Part shown: positions 1-11,759 of the stretch, in pieces
How the letters are laid out: each line of letters starts with the position of its first letter
Position numbering within the stretch: position 1 is the first letter of the stretch
Source: Malacoraja senta
Taxonomy: Eukaryota
Direction of reading: 5' to 3'
Assembly (NCBI GenBank): GCA_038087875.1
Contig: CM075985.1
Span: 16,616,001-16,680,000 of the forward strand
Length of the DNA: 64,000 bases
The notes under the pieces: model-generated
The model's database searches: none
What the model saw: the letters and a program-made list of their open reading frames with translations, nothing else
What the model was told of the DNA's origin: nothing
Translations under genes and position numbers: made by a program

Positions 1-231
1 GAATCTCTGGAACTCTCTGCCACAGAGGGTAGTTGAGGCCAGTTCATTGGCTATATTTAAGAGGGAATTAGATGTGGCCCTTGTGGCTAAAGGGGTCAGG
101 GGGTATGGAGAGAAGGCAGGTACGGGATACTGAGTTGGATGATCAGCCATGATCGTATTGAATGGCGGTGCAGGCTCGAAGGGCCGAATGGCCTACTCCT
201 GCACCTATTTTCTATGTATCTATGTATCTAT
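1..231 (+). mobile_element. CR1/HER1-type LINE 3' end, young copy (runs off window edge)
   Basis: NLWNSLPQRVVEASSLAIFKRELD C-terminus, 3' UTR gggccgaatggcctactcctgc and a (tctatgta)n tail; nearly identical to 8729-8959. Confidence 0.9.
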
Positions 232-492
232 GCTGTCTGTGTTTGCATGTCTCCCTGGAGTTTGCATGTTCTCCCTGTGGCTGCATGGGTTTTACCCCAG
301 GGGCTCCATTTTTTTCCCCACATACTAAAGATGCGCGGGTTTGTATGTTAATTGGCCCTTGTAAATTGCCCCTTGGGTGTAGGGACAGGACGAGAAAGTA
401 GGATAACATAAAACTGGTGTGAATGGGTGACCAAAGGTCGGCACGGACTGGGTGGGCCGAAGAAGCCGTTTCCATGCAGTATCTCTAAACTG
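232..492 (+). mobile_element. HE1-like V-SINE, 5'-truncated
   Basis: V-domain ggagtttgcatgttctccctgtgg...gggttt followed by the CR1-like tail gggccgaagaagccgtttcc...atctctaaact. Confidence 0.8.
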
Positions 493-3062
493 GGAGTCCA
501 GTAAGAGTTAAAGCTACACAGTACCAATGTGGTCACAGTCATTGCTCTGTCTCACCTGGACATACCTATCAACATTATTGGGGTAAACGTACATGTATTC
601 AGAACCTCATGACCGTAGGTTTAGAGAAGAGTGCGCTGGTGCCCCTGGTCAGTCCTCATTGGACATACCCCTGAAATTATATAATCTAAGGTCATATCAA
701 CGGCCATTTCATCCTAATCCATAATGAATGATGACGGTGTGCATTTTCAGAGCCATTTTAGGATCAATGACATATGCCCTGATACATGTGCTTCCTTGGG
801 ATATATGTCCAAGGAGATGTCATTTACAGAAACATCCTTCTGATACTATCTTTTAAAAGCAAGCCACTTCCATCTTTGTGGTTTAATAGCTGTATCCGAC
901 ATGCTTTAAACTATTGATTCAAACTGTTGTTGAGAACAAGAAGACAGAAGGAAAAGGTTAGCACAAAGAGCCTGCTTTAGAACCTGGAGAATTGTATATG
1001 AAGCAACATTTTTCTCTGAAATGACTTTGAAACCAATGTATGGCTGGAAAGGGAAAAATTATCCATAGAAAGGCAGGAAATAAATCTTAGTAATAAAAGA
1101 ATCAATTTTGAAGCAGAAAGAGTTTATTTTTTAAGTTAGCTCAAAGTGGATCAGAATTAAAATCCTCAAAAGTTTGAAATCAGTGAAGCTTGTTAGAAAA
1201 TAGCTGAAGTTTTCAAATGAAAGACGAGGTTAATGTTCCAACGAGGGGGATTAACGATAATAGATTCTGGACTGAAGGCTGCATTCAGAGGTGAAGCGAT
1301 GACACTAAATGGTGACCGTGAAGTAAATGTCTGAGAAGATCAAGCAATGTTTGTTGTGTAGCCGTTTGCTTTTCTGATGTTAATTGTTGTCAGACATCAG
1401 TTCACAGGGATCTCTGGCATGGTATATTGTTCTCACCATATCCCTGTGTGTGTTCACACTGTGATTTTACTGCACAGTAGAGTCATGCAGTGTGTCTGCT
1501 CCTTAACAATCTCACATACTTTGTGCAACAGCTCAAAGTCTTCTCATGTAAATAGTTTAATGCACTATCTAACCAATAAACAATATTTTGCACATATATG
1601 CGCTGTGTTTCAAAGAAATTGTGAAGACGATTGCAAAATGACAAGGATAATAACTTTCTCTTGAGGTTGTCGATAACTCTTGCTAAACGTTTTGAGCGAG
1701 TTTGCAATACCAAAACCAATTCTTTGCAGTCTTTCCCCATGTATATCAAGTGTAATTACATTTCTCCACCACATCTTGGCAAAAATACTTGGCAGAACAA
1801 GCCACAATGGCAAGGCAGCCCAGCAATGACTAGTTTCTGGGCTGTGACATGCAACACAAACAGATGAAGGCTTGAATGGGAAGGGATAATATGGCTGGTC
1901 TGAATGACTATATCTTAAATCTTGGCATGTATGACCAAGACTGAGAATCAAACAGATGGAAATCCTCTTTAAAGCAAATAATATTATGGAGGTTGAAGGT
2001 GAAATTGTGAGAACTCCCAAAAATTGTAAGATGCAGTGTAAAACACAATACTTCTGATGGGGTATGGTTTGTATCTTAATGACACACTGATATTGAGTGC
2101 ACAAGGCAAAGATGTCCTATTCACAGGGATAGAAGGTTACTTTAATTTGGGGTATTAGAAATAGCTGAAAGATAAAAGCTTGAGGCAATGAGATCATTGG
2201 TGACCACACTGTTTTGTGAAAAGAACTTATCCTTGCATTGTAATTTTACTGCTTGTTAGATCATGCCTTATGAGATTGGAGTATTTGATGAACAAATTCA
2301 ATCAAACACACGAAACAAGCCTTTCGGACTGTGAAGCTGCTGTACTGAGAACGCCAGCCCTCACCAGTGACCTGGTGCAGCCTCATCCACAGACGGTGAA
2401 CCGTGGCAAAACTCAATCTGAACGCTAAAGGTGGACAGATTCACAGTTGCTATTCATAAGTGATAGGAGCAGAATTAGGCCATTCGGCCCATCAAATCTA
2501 CTGCGCCCTTCAATCATGGCTGATCCATCTGTCCCATTCCTATTGTTGCATTCTCCATCAGAACCATAGCATCGTCAGGTTAGAATAGAAAAGTGTTTTG
2601 CCTGCCAAAATATGTCACAATTTGATAGCCTACTGACTAAAAGTATGGAGCAAGGAACAGAAGCAAATTCAGTGGTAATTTAAAACAACAGAAGAGTGGA
2701 CTGCATAGTTGCAATCTAGAACATAGAAGCAGGAGGCCATTCAGCCCCTCATGGCTACTGTGCCTTCAATATAATCATGCTGAGAGTTTCTACCTCAGTG
2801 CGTTTTACTGCGGAAGACTCATTGACTGTTTTCTGATTTCTAATCTCTGAGTTTTATGTATTCAGCAACGCAGACTCCATTAACCTCCTGGGTAAAGTAT
2901 TCTACAGATTCACCACATTTGGATGCAGAGATTTCTCCTAATTTCTGTCCTAAATGGTTGACCTCTAATTTGAGTTTGGTTCCAGACACTCCAGTCAGAG
3001 GAGACATAATTCCATCAAATTCTGCAGAATATTGACCCAGTCTGCCAAATCCATTCTCAATG

Positions 3063-3350
3063 GGTAGTGCTGTGGTGCAGTGGTGAAGCTGCTGCCTTAC
3101 AGCACCAGAGACCTGGGTTTGATCATTACTGTAGACGTTGTCTGCATGGAGTTTATACGTTCTCCCTGTGTCCACGTGGGTTTTCTCAGGGTTCTCCGTA
3201 TTCCTCACACATTCCAAAGATGTACAGGTTTGCAGGTTAATTGGCATTGGTAAAAAAATTGTAAATTGGATAGTACTAGTGTATGGGGTGATTGCTGGTC
3301 GGCATGGACTTGGTGGGCCGAAGGGCCTGTTTCCGCATTGTATCTCTAAA
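3063..3350 (+). mobile_element. HE1-like tRNA-derived V-SINE
   Basis: A-box-like gtggtgcagtgg, B-box-like gggtttgatc, V-domain and tail gggccgaagggcctgtttcc...tatctctaaa. Confidence 0.85.
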
Positions 3351-3642
3351 TTCTCGAGTCAAATTGTCCATCTCAGGTAGCAGTCGAGCAAAATTTCTTT
3401 ACACTCACTCGATCTTCCTTCGGTAAGAAGGACCGACCTCTCCCCAATATTCCAAAGTGCGGTCTTATCAGGGCTCTTATCAGGGCTCTATCTAATTGCT
3501 GTAAACTTGTTGTGGCATAAAGACCAATGTGCTAGTAATCACCCCAATTACTTGCTCCAGCAGCAGGTTCACTCTCAGTGATGAATATAGAGAATGGCAG
3601 GCCACTCTTAACACTAATAACTTTCAACCTCTAATCACCTCT

Positions 3643-4510
3643 AGTCCAGAAGTGGCGGCGCCTAACGGCAGCGGCTCGACTGCAGTCCGTCTCTTTTTTT
3701 AATTTTTGTCTAGTTAAATGTAGTTGTTTGTGTTTTTTTATATTGTTTTTAACTGTGTATATGTGGGGGGCGGGGGGGGGAAGGGGGAAACTTTAAAAAA
3801 TCTCTTCTGTATGGAGGACCCGACCTTTCTCTGTCGGGTCTCCATTGTCGTTGGGGCCTAGCACCGTGGAGCGGCCTCCAACCGGAACGACCTGGGGCTC
3901 CAGTCGCGGAGCCTGCGGACTACTTACCATCGTGGGGCTGGCCGAGTTCGGAGCGTGGAGAGCTGTGGTGGCGCGCGGCTGTGACCCGACCCCGGAGATT
4001 CGGAGGCTCCAGCCGCAGGTCTGGTGGACGGTGACATCGGGAGCTCGCGGGTCCCTGGTGGGAGACCGCTTTTCGGGGCTCCCGCAATGGCAACTTCTCC
4101 CGCTCCAGTTGCGGGGTTGAGGATGACCTGGAGCTGGGTCTAACATCGCCCGGCGCGGCTTTAATGGCCGCGGGACTTGCTAGCGCTACCGGGGGCTCCA
4201 ACATCCAGACCCGGAGGGCGGCCTTGCATCGCCCGGCGCGGCTTTAATGGCCGCGGGACTTATTTTCCATCGCCCGCCGGGGGCTCTGACTCTGACATCG
4301 GGAGGAGAATGGGGAGTGGAGGGGAGAGATAAGACTTTGCCTTCCATCACAGCGAGGAGGAGATTTGCTGTGATGGATGTTTGTGTAAATTGTGTTGTGT
4401 CTTGGTTCTTTTTACTTGTTTGTATGACTGCAGAAACCAAATTTCGTTTGAACCTCATTTGAGGTTCAAATGACAATAAATGGTATTGTATTGTATTGTA
4501 TTGTATTGTA
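3643..4510 (+). mobile_element. GC-rich non-autonomous retroelement with hairpin-TGACAATAAA-(GTATT)n 3' end
   Basis: Clearly homologous to 11760-12475; has internal tandem units (acatcgcccggcgcggctttaatggccgcgggactt x2), a 3' hairpin tttgaacctc/gaggttcaaa at 4447-4470, then tgacaataaa and a pentamer tail. Confidence 0.75.
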
Positions 4511-4742
4511 CATGGAAACACATTTGATGCCTATTTTTATTTGAGCAAAGTGAATGACCTCACAATTTTTCCACATAATATATTCGATGTACCCTGTCCT
4601 TACCCACTCAGTTAACCTGCCCATATCCCCCTGAAGTCTTTTGGTATCCTCTAAACAACTGTACCATTCACTAAAGTTCACACAGTGAAGAGCTGGGATT
4701 ATGACACAAGCAGTAAATGTAGTCAATTTTCTAACAAAGGTG

Positions 4743-4870
4743 TTGATTAGTAATAGGCCTGTCCCACTTAGGCAACTTGATTAGTAATAGGCCTGTCCCA
4801 CTTAGGCAACTGCCAGGGACTACTTTAAATGGAATTCATCTACGACACCTGGCGACAACCTACAACAGCA
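4743..4870 (+). repeat. 34-bp perfect tandem duplication containing a Harbinger-like TIR end, followed by a truncated element
   Basis: ttgattagtaataggcctgtcccacttaggcaac occurs at 4743-4776 and 4777-4810. The ggcctgtcccactta motif matches the TIR of the MITE at 39654. Confidence 0.75.
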
Positions 4871-4884
4871 AAAATTGTCTTTCA

Positions 4885-5095
4885 TTCATTGTTCTTTATC
4901 TCTCCACATCACCGTCTATATCTCTCCACATCACCGTCTATATCTCTCATTTCCCTTATGCCTAACCAGTCTGAAGAAGGGTCACGACCCAAAACATCAC
5001 CTATTCCTTCCCTCCAGAGATGTTGCCTGCCCGCTGTGTTACTCCAGCTTTGTGTCCAGCTTCGGTTTAAACCATATCTGCAGTTCCTTCTTACT
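4885..5095 (+). mobile_element. Penelope-derived short element with hammerhead-like motif
   Basis: ctgaagaagggtcacgacccaaaacatc at 4971-4998, then agagatgttgcctgcccgctgtgttactccagc; 22-bp tandem tatctctccacatcaccgtcta upstream. Confidence 0.8.
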
Positions 5096-5189
5096 GAAGA
5101 TTGATAGAAAACATTGTCTCACAGGAAACCTACTCTGGTGAATTATTACAGAAATTAGGACAAATGAAGTGTCTCGTGCAACACCACAG

Positions 5190-5520
5190 GCAGCAAGTAA
5201 GTGACCCATCATTGTAGCAATCACAGAAAAGCAGACGTGTAATTGGGAAGGACTGAGAGACAATTCAAGCTGAATTGGTAAAATGCTTAAAGCACTTATG
5301 ATTTAAAGTCACTTCTTAACATATTATTGGAAAGATATAATATATTCAAAATAATCTCCACTGGCATAACAGGGACCATGTACACATTCATATCAGACCA
5401 AATGCAAAGTGGTTCCTGCATAAACCCAGACTAAGCCTATAAGCTCCGAAGAGTTCAGTTGAGAAGAAGTTGGATAGGCTAATAGAGAAAGAGGTGTGCT
5501 TGTGAAAACCAGTGAAGAAA
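5190..5520 (+). mobile_element. Highly degraded Gypsy-like pol fragment (protease-RT linker)
   Basis: From about 5377 reads HVHIHIRPNAKWFLHKPRLSL*APKSSVEKKLDRLIEKEV, resembling the Gypsy pre-RT motif ...PNAKP.F.KPR.VP.AL...VE.ELDRLE..GVI. Stops are present. Confidence 0.4.
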
Positions 5521-6451
5521 TTTCTGCTTATCGCATTTCCCAGTGTCTTATCCAGCTTCCAGACATCACAGTCTTCATCCAGCCTACTTTTCAATGAGAC
5601 CCCATCTAAACACCATTGGATATAGGCAACAATAACCTCTCCTCAACTCATATGACAGGAAAAGACACACATGCTGGAGTAACTCAGCGGGTCAGGCAGC
5701 ATCTGCAGTTCCTTGTGTGTACATTTTACAGCCATCCATATTCCCCAGAGATGTTGCCTAACATGCTGAGTTACTCCAGTAATTTGTCCTTTTTTATATG
5801 TGTTGTGTTGTGTCTTAGCACTGCAATGAAGAAGCTGATGATTTTGAATCTTACTGGATCAAGATGTGTTTCTTATATGTGTTGTCTCAGGAGTCAGCCT
5901 GATGAAACTTCACTGCATTCCCTCTCTGCCAAGTGTATCCATTCTTAGACATGGAGACACTAAGGCATGTATAATTGTTGTATGACATCCTTGGCCTGTA
6001 CTCAAAACCTCAAGCAATTAAGGTCAACATACTATTTGTTTGGTTTAGTTTGATTTAGTTTGGAGATACAGCAGAAAAAAAGGCTCTTCAGCCCACCGAG
6101 TCCACGTTAACCATCAATCACACTTGCACACTAGTTCCATGTTATCCCACTCCCTCATCAACAACCTGCACACAGGGGGTAATAGGCAGCTTGTGAATTC
6201 CAGGCCATTTAAACCACTTGTCACTTAATTTGAGAAGAAGTAGAATCAGAATATGTTGTTTATTTAAGAGTGCATCCTGTGAGATAACCTCTGCTGCTTT
6301 AATAATCACAGGATTCATGCTTCTGTGCAATGCTGTCAAAAGAGTGCGGGAGGAAGTCTGATTCACATCTCTCCTGATGTCTCTTTCCACTGACTTCAAT
6401 TCCTCTATTACAACAGTGACCACACTTCAAAAAAAATTCAAAGAGAAATAC

Positions 6452-6780
6452 CACACGGAAACAGGCCCTTCAGCCCACCGAGTCCATGCCGACCATTAAC
6501 CACCCCTTTACAATAATCCAACGTTAATTGCATTTCTTAATCTCCCCTCATTCTCATCAAATCGACCCCAGATTCTACCACTCACCTGCAGTGGAAAAGT
6601 AGACTACAAAGCCGCATGTCCTTTGGTATGCGGGAGGAAACTGGAGGACTTGGACTAAACCTTCACGGTCTCAGGGGGAATGTACAAGCTGCACACAGGC
6701 AGCAGCCAAGGTCAGAATTGAACCTCAGTCTCAGGCGCTGTGAGAAACTGGTTCCATTGGCTGCGTCACTTGGCTGCCCC
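6452..6780 (-). mobile_element. HE1-like V-SINE, diverged (a further tail fragment lies at ~6045-6190)
   Basis: Reverse of the SINE tail ggaaacaggcccttcagcccaccgagtccatgccgacc and of the V-domain gggaggaaactggag. Confidence 0.75.
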
Positions 6781-7209
6781 TCTTACTTTTGCTTGTTGCA
6801 AATATGTTGGGATGCCCAGAAGTCATGAATAGCACTGCATAAATTCAAGTCGAGATTCATATTATAAATTCACACCACTAAAGCTGGCCCTGATAACCAA
6901 GCAATTTTACTGGAATAGTTTTAGTGTTTGTCTTAGCACTGCAATGAAGAAGCTGATGATTTTGAATCTTACTGGATCAAGAAGGTAATTATTTCTTTGG
7001 ACTGCTGGCAGAATCAGTGCTTTAATATATTTACCTAGCCTTAGATTTAATCCTTCCAAAATATTTGAGAGCTAACAAAAAGTATTTTTAATCATTACTC
7101 CTTCGATATTCTAAAGATCACAATAATGGCTCAAATATTAAGGGAAAATTTTAGGCTTCAATGTAACCAGTTTGTGTTCTCCAGAGATGCTGCCTGAGCT
7201 GCAGAGTTA

Positions 7210-8397
7210 CAATACAATACAATAGATACAATAGACAATAGGTGCAGGAGTATGCCATTCGGCCCTTCGAGGCAGCACCGCCATTCAATGTGATCATGGC
7301 TGATCATCCCCAATCAGTATCCCGTTCCTGCCTTCTCCCCATATCCCCTGACTCCGCTATTTTTAAGAGCCCTATCTAGCTCTCTCTTGAAAGCATCCAG
7401 AGAACCCGCCTCCACCGCCCTCTGAGGCAGAGAATTCCACAGACTCACCACTCTCTGTGAGAAAAAGTGTTTCCTCGTCTCCGTTCTAAATGGCTTACTC
7501 TTTATTCTTAAACTGTGGCCCCTAGTTCTGGACTCACCCAACATCGGGAACATGTTTCCTGCCTCTAGTGTGTCCAAACCCTTAACAATCTAATAAGTTT
7601 CAATTAGATATCCTCTCATCCTTCTAAACTCCAGAGTGTACAAGCCCAGCTGGTCCATTCTCTCAGCATATGACAGCCCCGCCATCCCGGGAATTAACCT
7701 TGTAAACCTACGCTGCACTCCCTCAATAGCAAGAATGTCCTTCCTCAAATTAGGGGACCAAAACTGCATACAATACTCCAGGCGTGGTGTCACTAGAGCT
7801 TTGTACAACTGCAGAAGGTCCTCTTTGCTGCTATATTCCATTCCTCTTGTTATAAAGGCCAACATGCCATTTGCTTTCTTCACTGCCTGCGGTACCTGCA
7901 TGTTTACTTTCATAGACTGATGTACAAGGACCCCCAGATCCCGTTGTACTGCCCCTTTTCCCAACTTGATGCCATTTAGATAGTAATTTGTCTTCCTGTT
8001 TTTGCTACCAAAGTGGATACCTCACATTTATCCACATTAAACTTCAACTGCCATGCATCTGCCCACTCCCCCAACCTGTCCAAGTCACCCTGCATTCTCA
8101 TAGCATCCTCCTCACTGTTCACACTGCCACCCAGCTTTGTGTCACCTGCAAATTTGCTAATGTTACTTAGAATCCCTTCATCCAAATCATTGATGTATAT
8201 TGTAAATAGCTGCGGTCCCAGCACCGAGCCTTGCAGTACCCCACTAGTCACTGCCTGCCATTCTGAAAGGGACCCGTTAATCCCTACTCTTTGTTTCCTG
8301 TCTGCCAACCACTTCTCTATCCATGTCAGCACTCTACCCCCAATACCATGTGCCCTAATTTTGCCCACTAATCTCCTATGTGGGACCTTATCAAATG
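7210..8397 (-). mobile_element. CR1/HER1 LINE 3' 1.2 kb (RT C-terminal half, frameshifted)
   Basis: ORFs 7976-8368 (GVLQGSVLGPQLFTIYINDLD...KFAGDTKL), 7590-7964 and 7314-7577 are consecutive CR1 ORF2 segments; (caata/caataga)n tail. Confidence 0.95.
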
Positions 8398-8510
8398 CTC
8401 CAGTGCTTTATGTCCATCTTCACGCACAACTAACTGGCCACTGAAATGAATGGGCATTAGGACACAGCGCAACAATAGCATTGGAATCATTTCATGTACA
8501 ACTGGCCAAC

Positions 8511-8959
8511 ATAAGACTGGATAGACTTGGCTTATACTCGCTAGAATTTAGGAGATTGAGAGGGGATCTTATAGAAACGTACAAAATTCTTATGGGGTTG
8601 GACAGGCTAGATGCAGGAAGATTGTTCCCGATGTTGGGGAAGTCCAGGACAAGGGGTCACAGCTTAAGGATAAGGGGGAAATCCTTTAAGACCGAGATGA
8701 GGAAAAACTTTTTCACACAGAGAGTGGTGAATCTCTGGAACTCTCTGCCACAGAGGGTAGTTGAGGCCAGTTCATTGGCTATATTTAAGAGGGAGTTAGA
8801 TGTGGCCCTTGTGGCTAAAGGGATCAGGGGGTATGGAGAGAAGGCAGGTACGGGATACTGAGTTGGATGATCAGCCATGATCATATTGAATGGCGGTGCA
8901 GGCTCGAAGGGCCGAATGGCCTACTCCTGCACCTATTTTCTATGTTTCTATGTTTCTAT
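8511..8959 (+). mobile_element. CR1/HER1 LINE 3' end, young, uninterrupted ORF2 C-terminus
   Basis: RLDRLGLYSLEFRRLRGDLIETYKIL...RTRGHSLRI...NLWNSLP; (tttctatg)n tail. Confidence 0.95.
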
Positions 8960-9187
8960 ATAGGGGTATCATAAGGTGCTGAATGCAGCTGTAATTGGAC
9001 TGACCTTGTATTATATTGACGAGATTACAAATTGATTGTCTAATTTCCCAGTTACCATCTCACCAGAAACATTCTGCAGCTCAAAGAACTCAAACCCTTA
9101 TTCAACAACATGCTATCGACTGTAGGCTAATAATAATAATGCTCAATATTTTTATCGAAGAAGAGTGTGAATTGAGTATATGCGTAG

Positions 9188-9321
9188 AGTCTGAAGAAGG
9201 GTCTCGACCAGAAATGTCATCCATTCCTTCTCTCCAAAGATGCTGCCTGTCCCGATGAGTTACTCCAGCATTTTGTGTCTATCTTCGGTTTAAAGCAGCA
9301 TCTGCAGTTCATCCCTACACA
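9188..9321 (+). mobile_element. Penelope-derived short element with hammerhead-like motif
   Basis: ctgaagaagggtctcgaccagaaatgtc at 9191-9218 followed by the family body. Confidence 0.8.
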
Positions 9322-9689
9322 TCGAGTATGCGCATGATGCTTTGATAATAATAGGCATGAACAATTAACAGATGTAATCCTAAATTAAAGTTGACCAAAG
9401 CAGATGGAGATGCCTGGGCCGAGAATCCTTTGCTGAAAGTTCCTCATTAAGATCTGGATTACTCGGGTACGACAACATTTCTGGTCCCATGCGTTCTATA
9501 AATAATGACTCCAAAGTCCCTGAGATGCCTGAGCCGAGAATCCTTTACAATTAACAGATGTAATCCTAAATTAAATCCTCAATCCCCACACACTCACCTA
9601 TCTTAAACACACTGCAGACCAGTTGAAAGTTCCTCATTAAGATTGGGGTTACCAAGGTATTATCAAGATTTCCAGTCCCATGCATCCCA

Positions 9690-10068
9690 GGAGGATGAGG
9701 GGTGACTTTATAGAGGTATTTACAATCATGAGAGGAATAGATCAGATAAACACACACAGTCTCTTACCCAGAGTAGGGGAATCGAGAACCAGAGAACATA
9801 GGTTTGAAGTGAAGGGGGAAAGATTTAATAGGAATCTGAGTGGTAGCAAAGGGTGGTGGGTATATGGAACAAGCTGCCAAAGGAGGCAGTTGAGGCAGGG
9901 AATATAGCAAAGTTTATGAAAAAAATAGACAGGTACATGGATAGGACAGGTTTAGAGGGATATGGGCCAAACGCAGGCAGGTGTGACTAGAATAGATGAG
10001 ACATGTTGGTCGGTATGGACAAGTTGGGCCGAAGGGCCTGTTTCCATGCTGTATCACTCTATGACTTT
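9690..10068 (+). mobile_element. CR1 LINE 3' fragment
   Basis: RRMRGDFIEVFTIMRGID...SRTREHRFEVKG; tail gggccgaagggcctgtttcc...ctctatgact. Confidence 0.88.
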
Positions 10069-10796
10069 ATCCTAAAAGTGATGACTCCAAAGTCCCTACA
10101 GAGCTGTTGTAAAATTCCTAATAAATGTTACCAGTAATATTTTGTTTTCACCATTAAGATAAAAGTAGCACATGGGCTGCAGTGATTGTTCAGAGGTTCA
10201 CATTATTGGAGGAAGGGGCACACATTCCACTCTGAAGATTATACTATCTGGACCTGATGCACAGTGCAACAATTTATGAAAGCTACAGCCAGCAGTGATT
10301 TGAATCACCAGGTTTATCCGTGTGCTTTCACACTGTAAATAAACGATATTTGCTGATTGCAGTGTCACGAATCTATTATTCCAAATGAAGGCTGGGGTGT
10401 ACAGGTCTTTGAAAACAGGAGGTCAGAAGTAGTGGATAAAGTAAGTGTGACAAAAGCACTGAAATGTAACAGCATACCCATCACTGCATGCTCCAGTGGG
10501 AATTTGGTCATTTACTTGTTTGTGCATTTTGTGACTGAACCACGCGTATTGAATTTTGTCTTATATATCGAATATGTCTGTATCGCAAAATGGACATTTT
10601 TTAGGCCATTGAAGCAATTCTATTTCCTGAATTGAGTGTCAGTATCACTTTATCTTCCAGTAGGTTTGACAAGCAATCTTTAGCAGATGCTTCCTAAAGG
10701 AATCGAACCTTGGATGAGTGAGCAAACTTCCCATCCTCTTTTTAAAAATCACAGTGTTGTTATGTAGAGGAGTTCTCGGCAGCCAAAGTTGCTATT

Positions 10797-11106
10797 TAGT
10801 TTAGCTTAGTTCAGAGACACAGCATAAAACAGGCCCTTCGGCCCACCGAGTCCATGCTGACCAGCGATCCCCACACACTCACCTATCTTAAACACACTGC
10901 AGACAATTTTACAATTATACCAAGCCAATTAACCTACAAATCTGTACGTCTTTGGAATGTGGGAGGAAACGGAGATCCCAGAGAAAACCCAAGAAGGTCA
11001 CAGCGAGAACCTACAAACTCCGTACAGACAGCACCCATAGTCAGGGTCGAACCCGAGTCTCTGGCGCTGTAAAGCAGCAACTCTACTGCTGCGCCACCAT
11101 GTTGCC
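10797..11106 (-). mobile_element. HE1-like V-SINE, full length
   Basis: Minus strand reads ggtggcgcagcagtagagttgctgc...gggttcgaccc (A/B boxes), V-domain, (ctaaa)n tail. Confidence 0.9.
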
Positions 11107-11514
11107 CTATGACTAATAGTTTTTTCAACAATCTAAGGTGTTGCAGAAAAAGACAGCACTAGTGTGCTGGAGTAACTCAGCGGCTCAGGCAGCATCTCTG
11201 GAAAATATGTTTTGGGTCGGGACCTTTCTTCAGACTGATCGTGGTGAAGGGCAGGGGGTGTAGGGGTGTGAGAAAGCCAGTCAAGTGACTGGTGAATACA
11301 GCTGTGGGGGGGCTTTTGATAGGTTAAGTATTGTAGCAGATGTAATACTGTGTATGGCATAGAAACATAAGATATATATTTTAAAAGATTTTGCTTAGAT
11401 TGAAAATTTGAGAAAGCAACGTTCCAAAACCATCACTGGGGTACATGGTTGGTCGGTAAAGGTATAACATTTTACTGATTTATCTTCTGCAGCAGGTAAG
11501 ACTAGCAATGCAGT

Positions 11515-11757
11515 GTTTAGTTTACTTTAGCTTAATTTAGTTTAGTTCAGAGATACAGCATGGAAACAGGCCCTTCAGCCCACCGAGTGCACGCCGACCA
11601 GTGATCGCTGCACACCAACACTATCCTACACACACTAGGGACAATTTACAATCTTTACCAAAGCCAATTAGCCTACAAACCTGTGCGTCTTTGGAATGCG
11701 GGAGGAAACCGGAGCTTCCTGGAGAAAACCCACACGGTCATGGGGAGACCATACAAA
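11515..11757 (-). mobile_element. HE1-like V-SINE, truncated at the junction with the GC-rich element
   Basis: (tttag)n tail, ggaaacaggcccttcagccc and V-domain; ends at 11757. Confidence 0.85.
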
Positions 11758-11759
11758 TT

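Noticed and set aside
3793-4521. Overlapping GC-rich ORFs (also 11902-12304)
   Set aside because: These are open by GC content inside a repeat; frames are not conserved between copies and no domain is recognisable.
5811-5864. C/D box snoRNA (ATGAAGA, CTGA, TGATGA motifs)
   Set aside because: Box order and spacing are wrong, there is no terminal stem, and it is antisense to the host gene.
9361-9683. CRISPR-like repeat/spacer array
   Set aside because: This is a eukaryotic intron; each segment occurs only twice, with no regular period.
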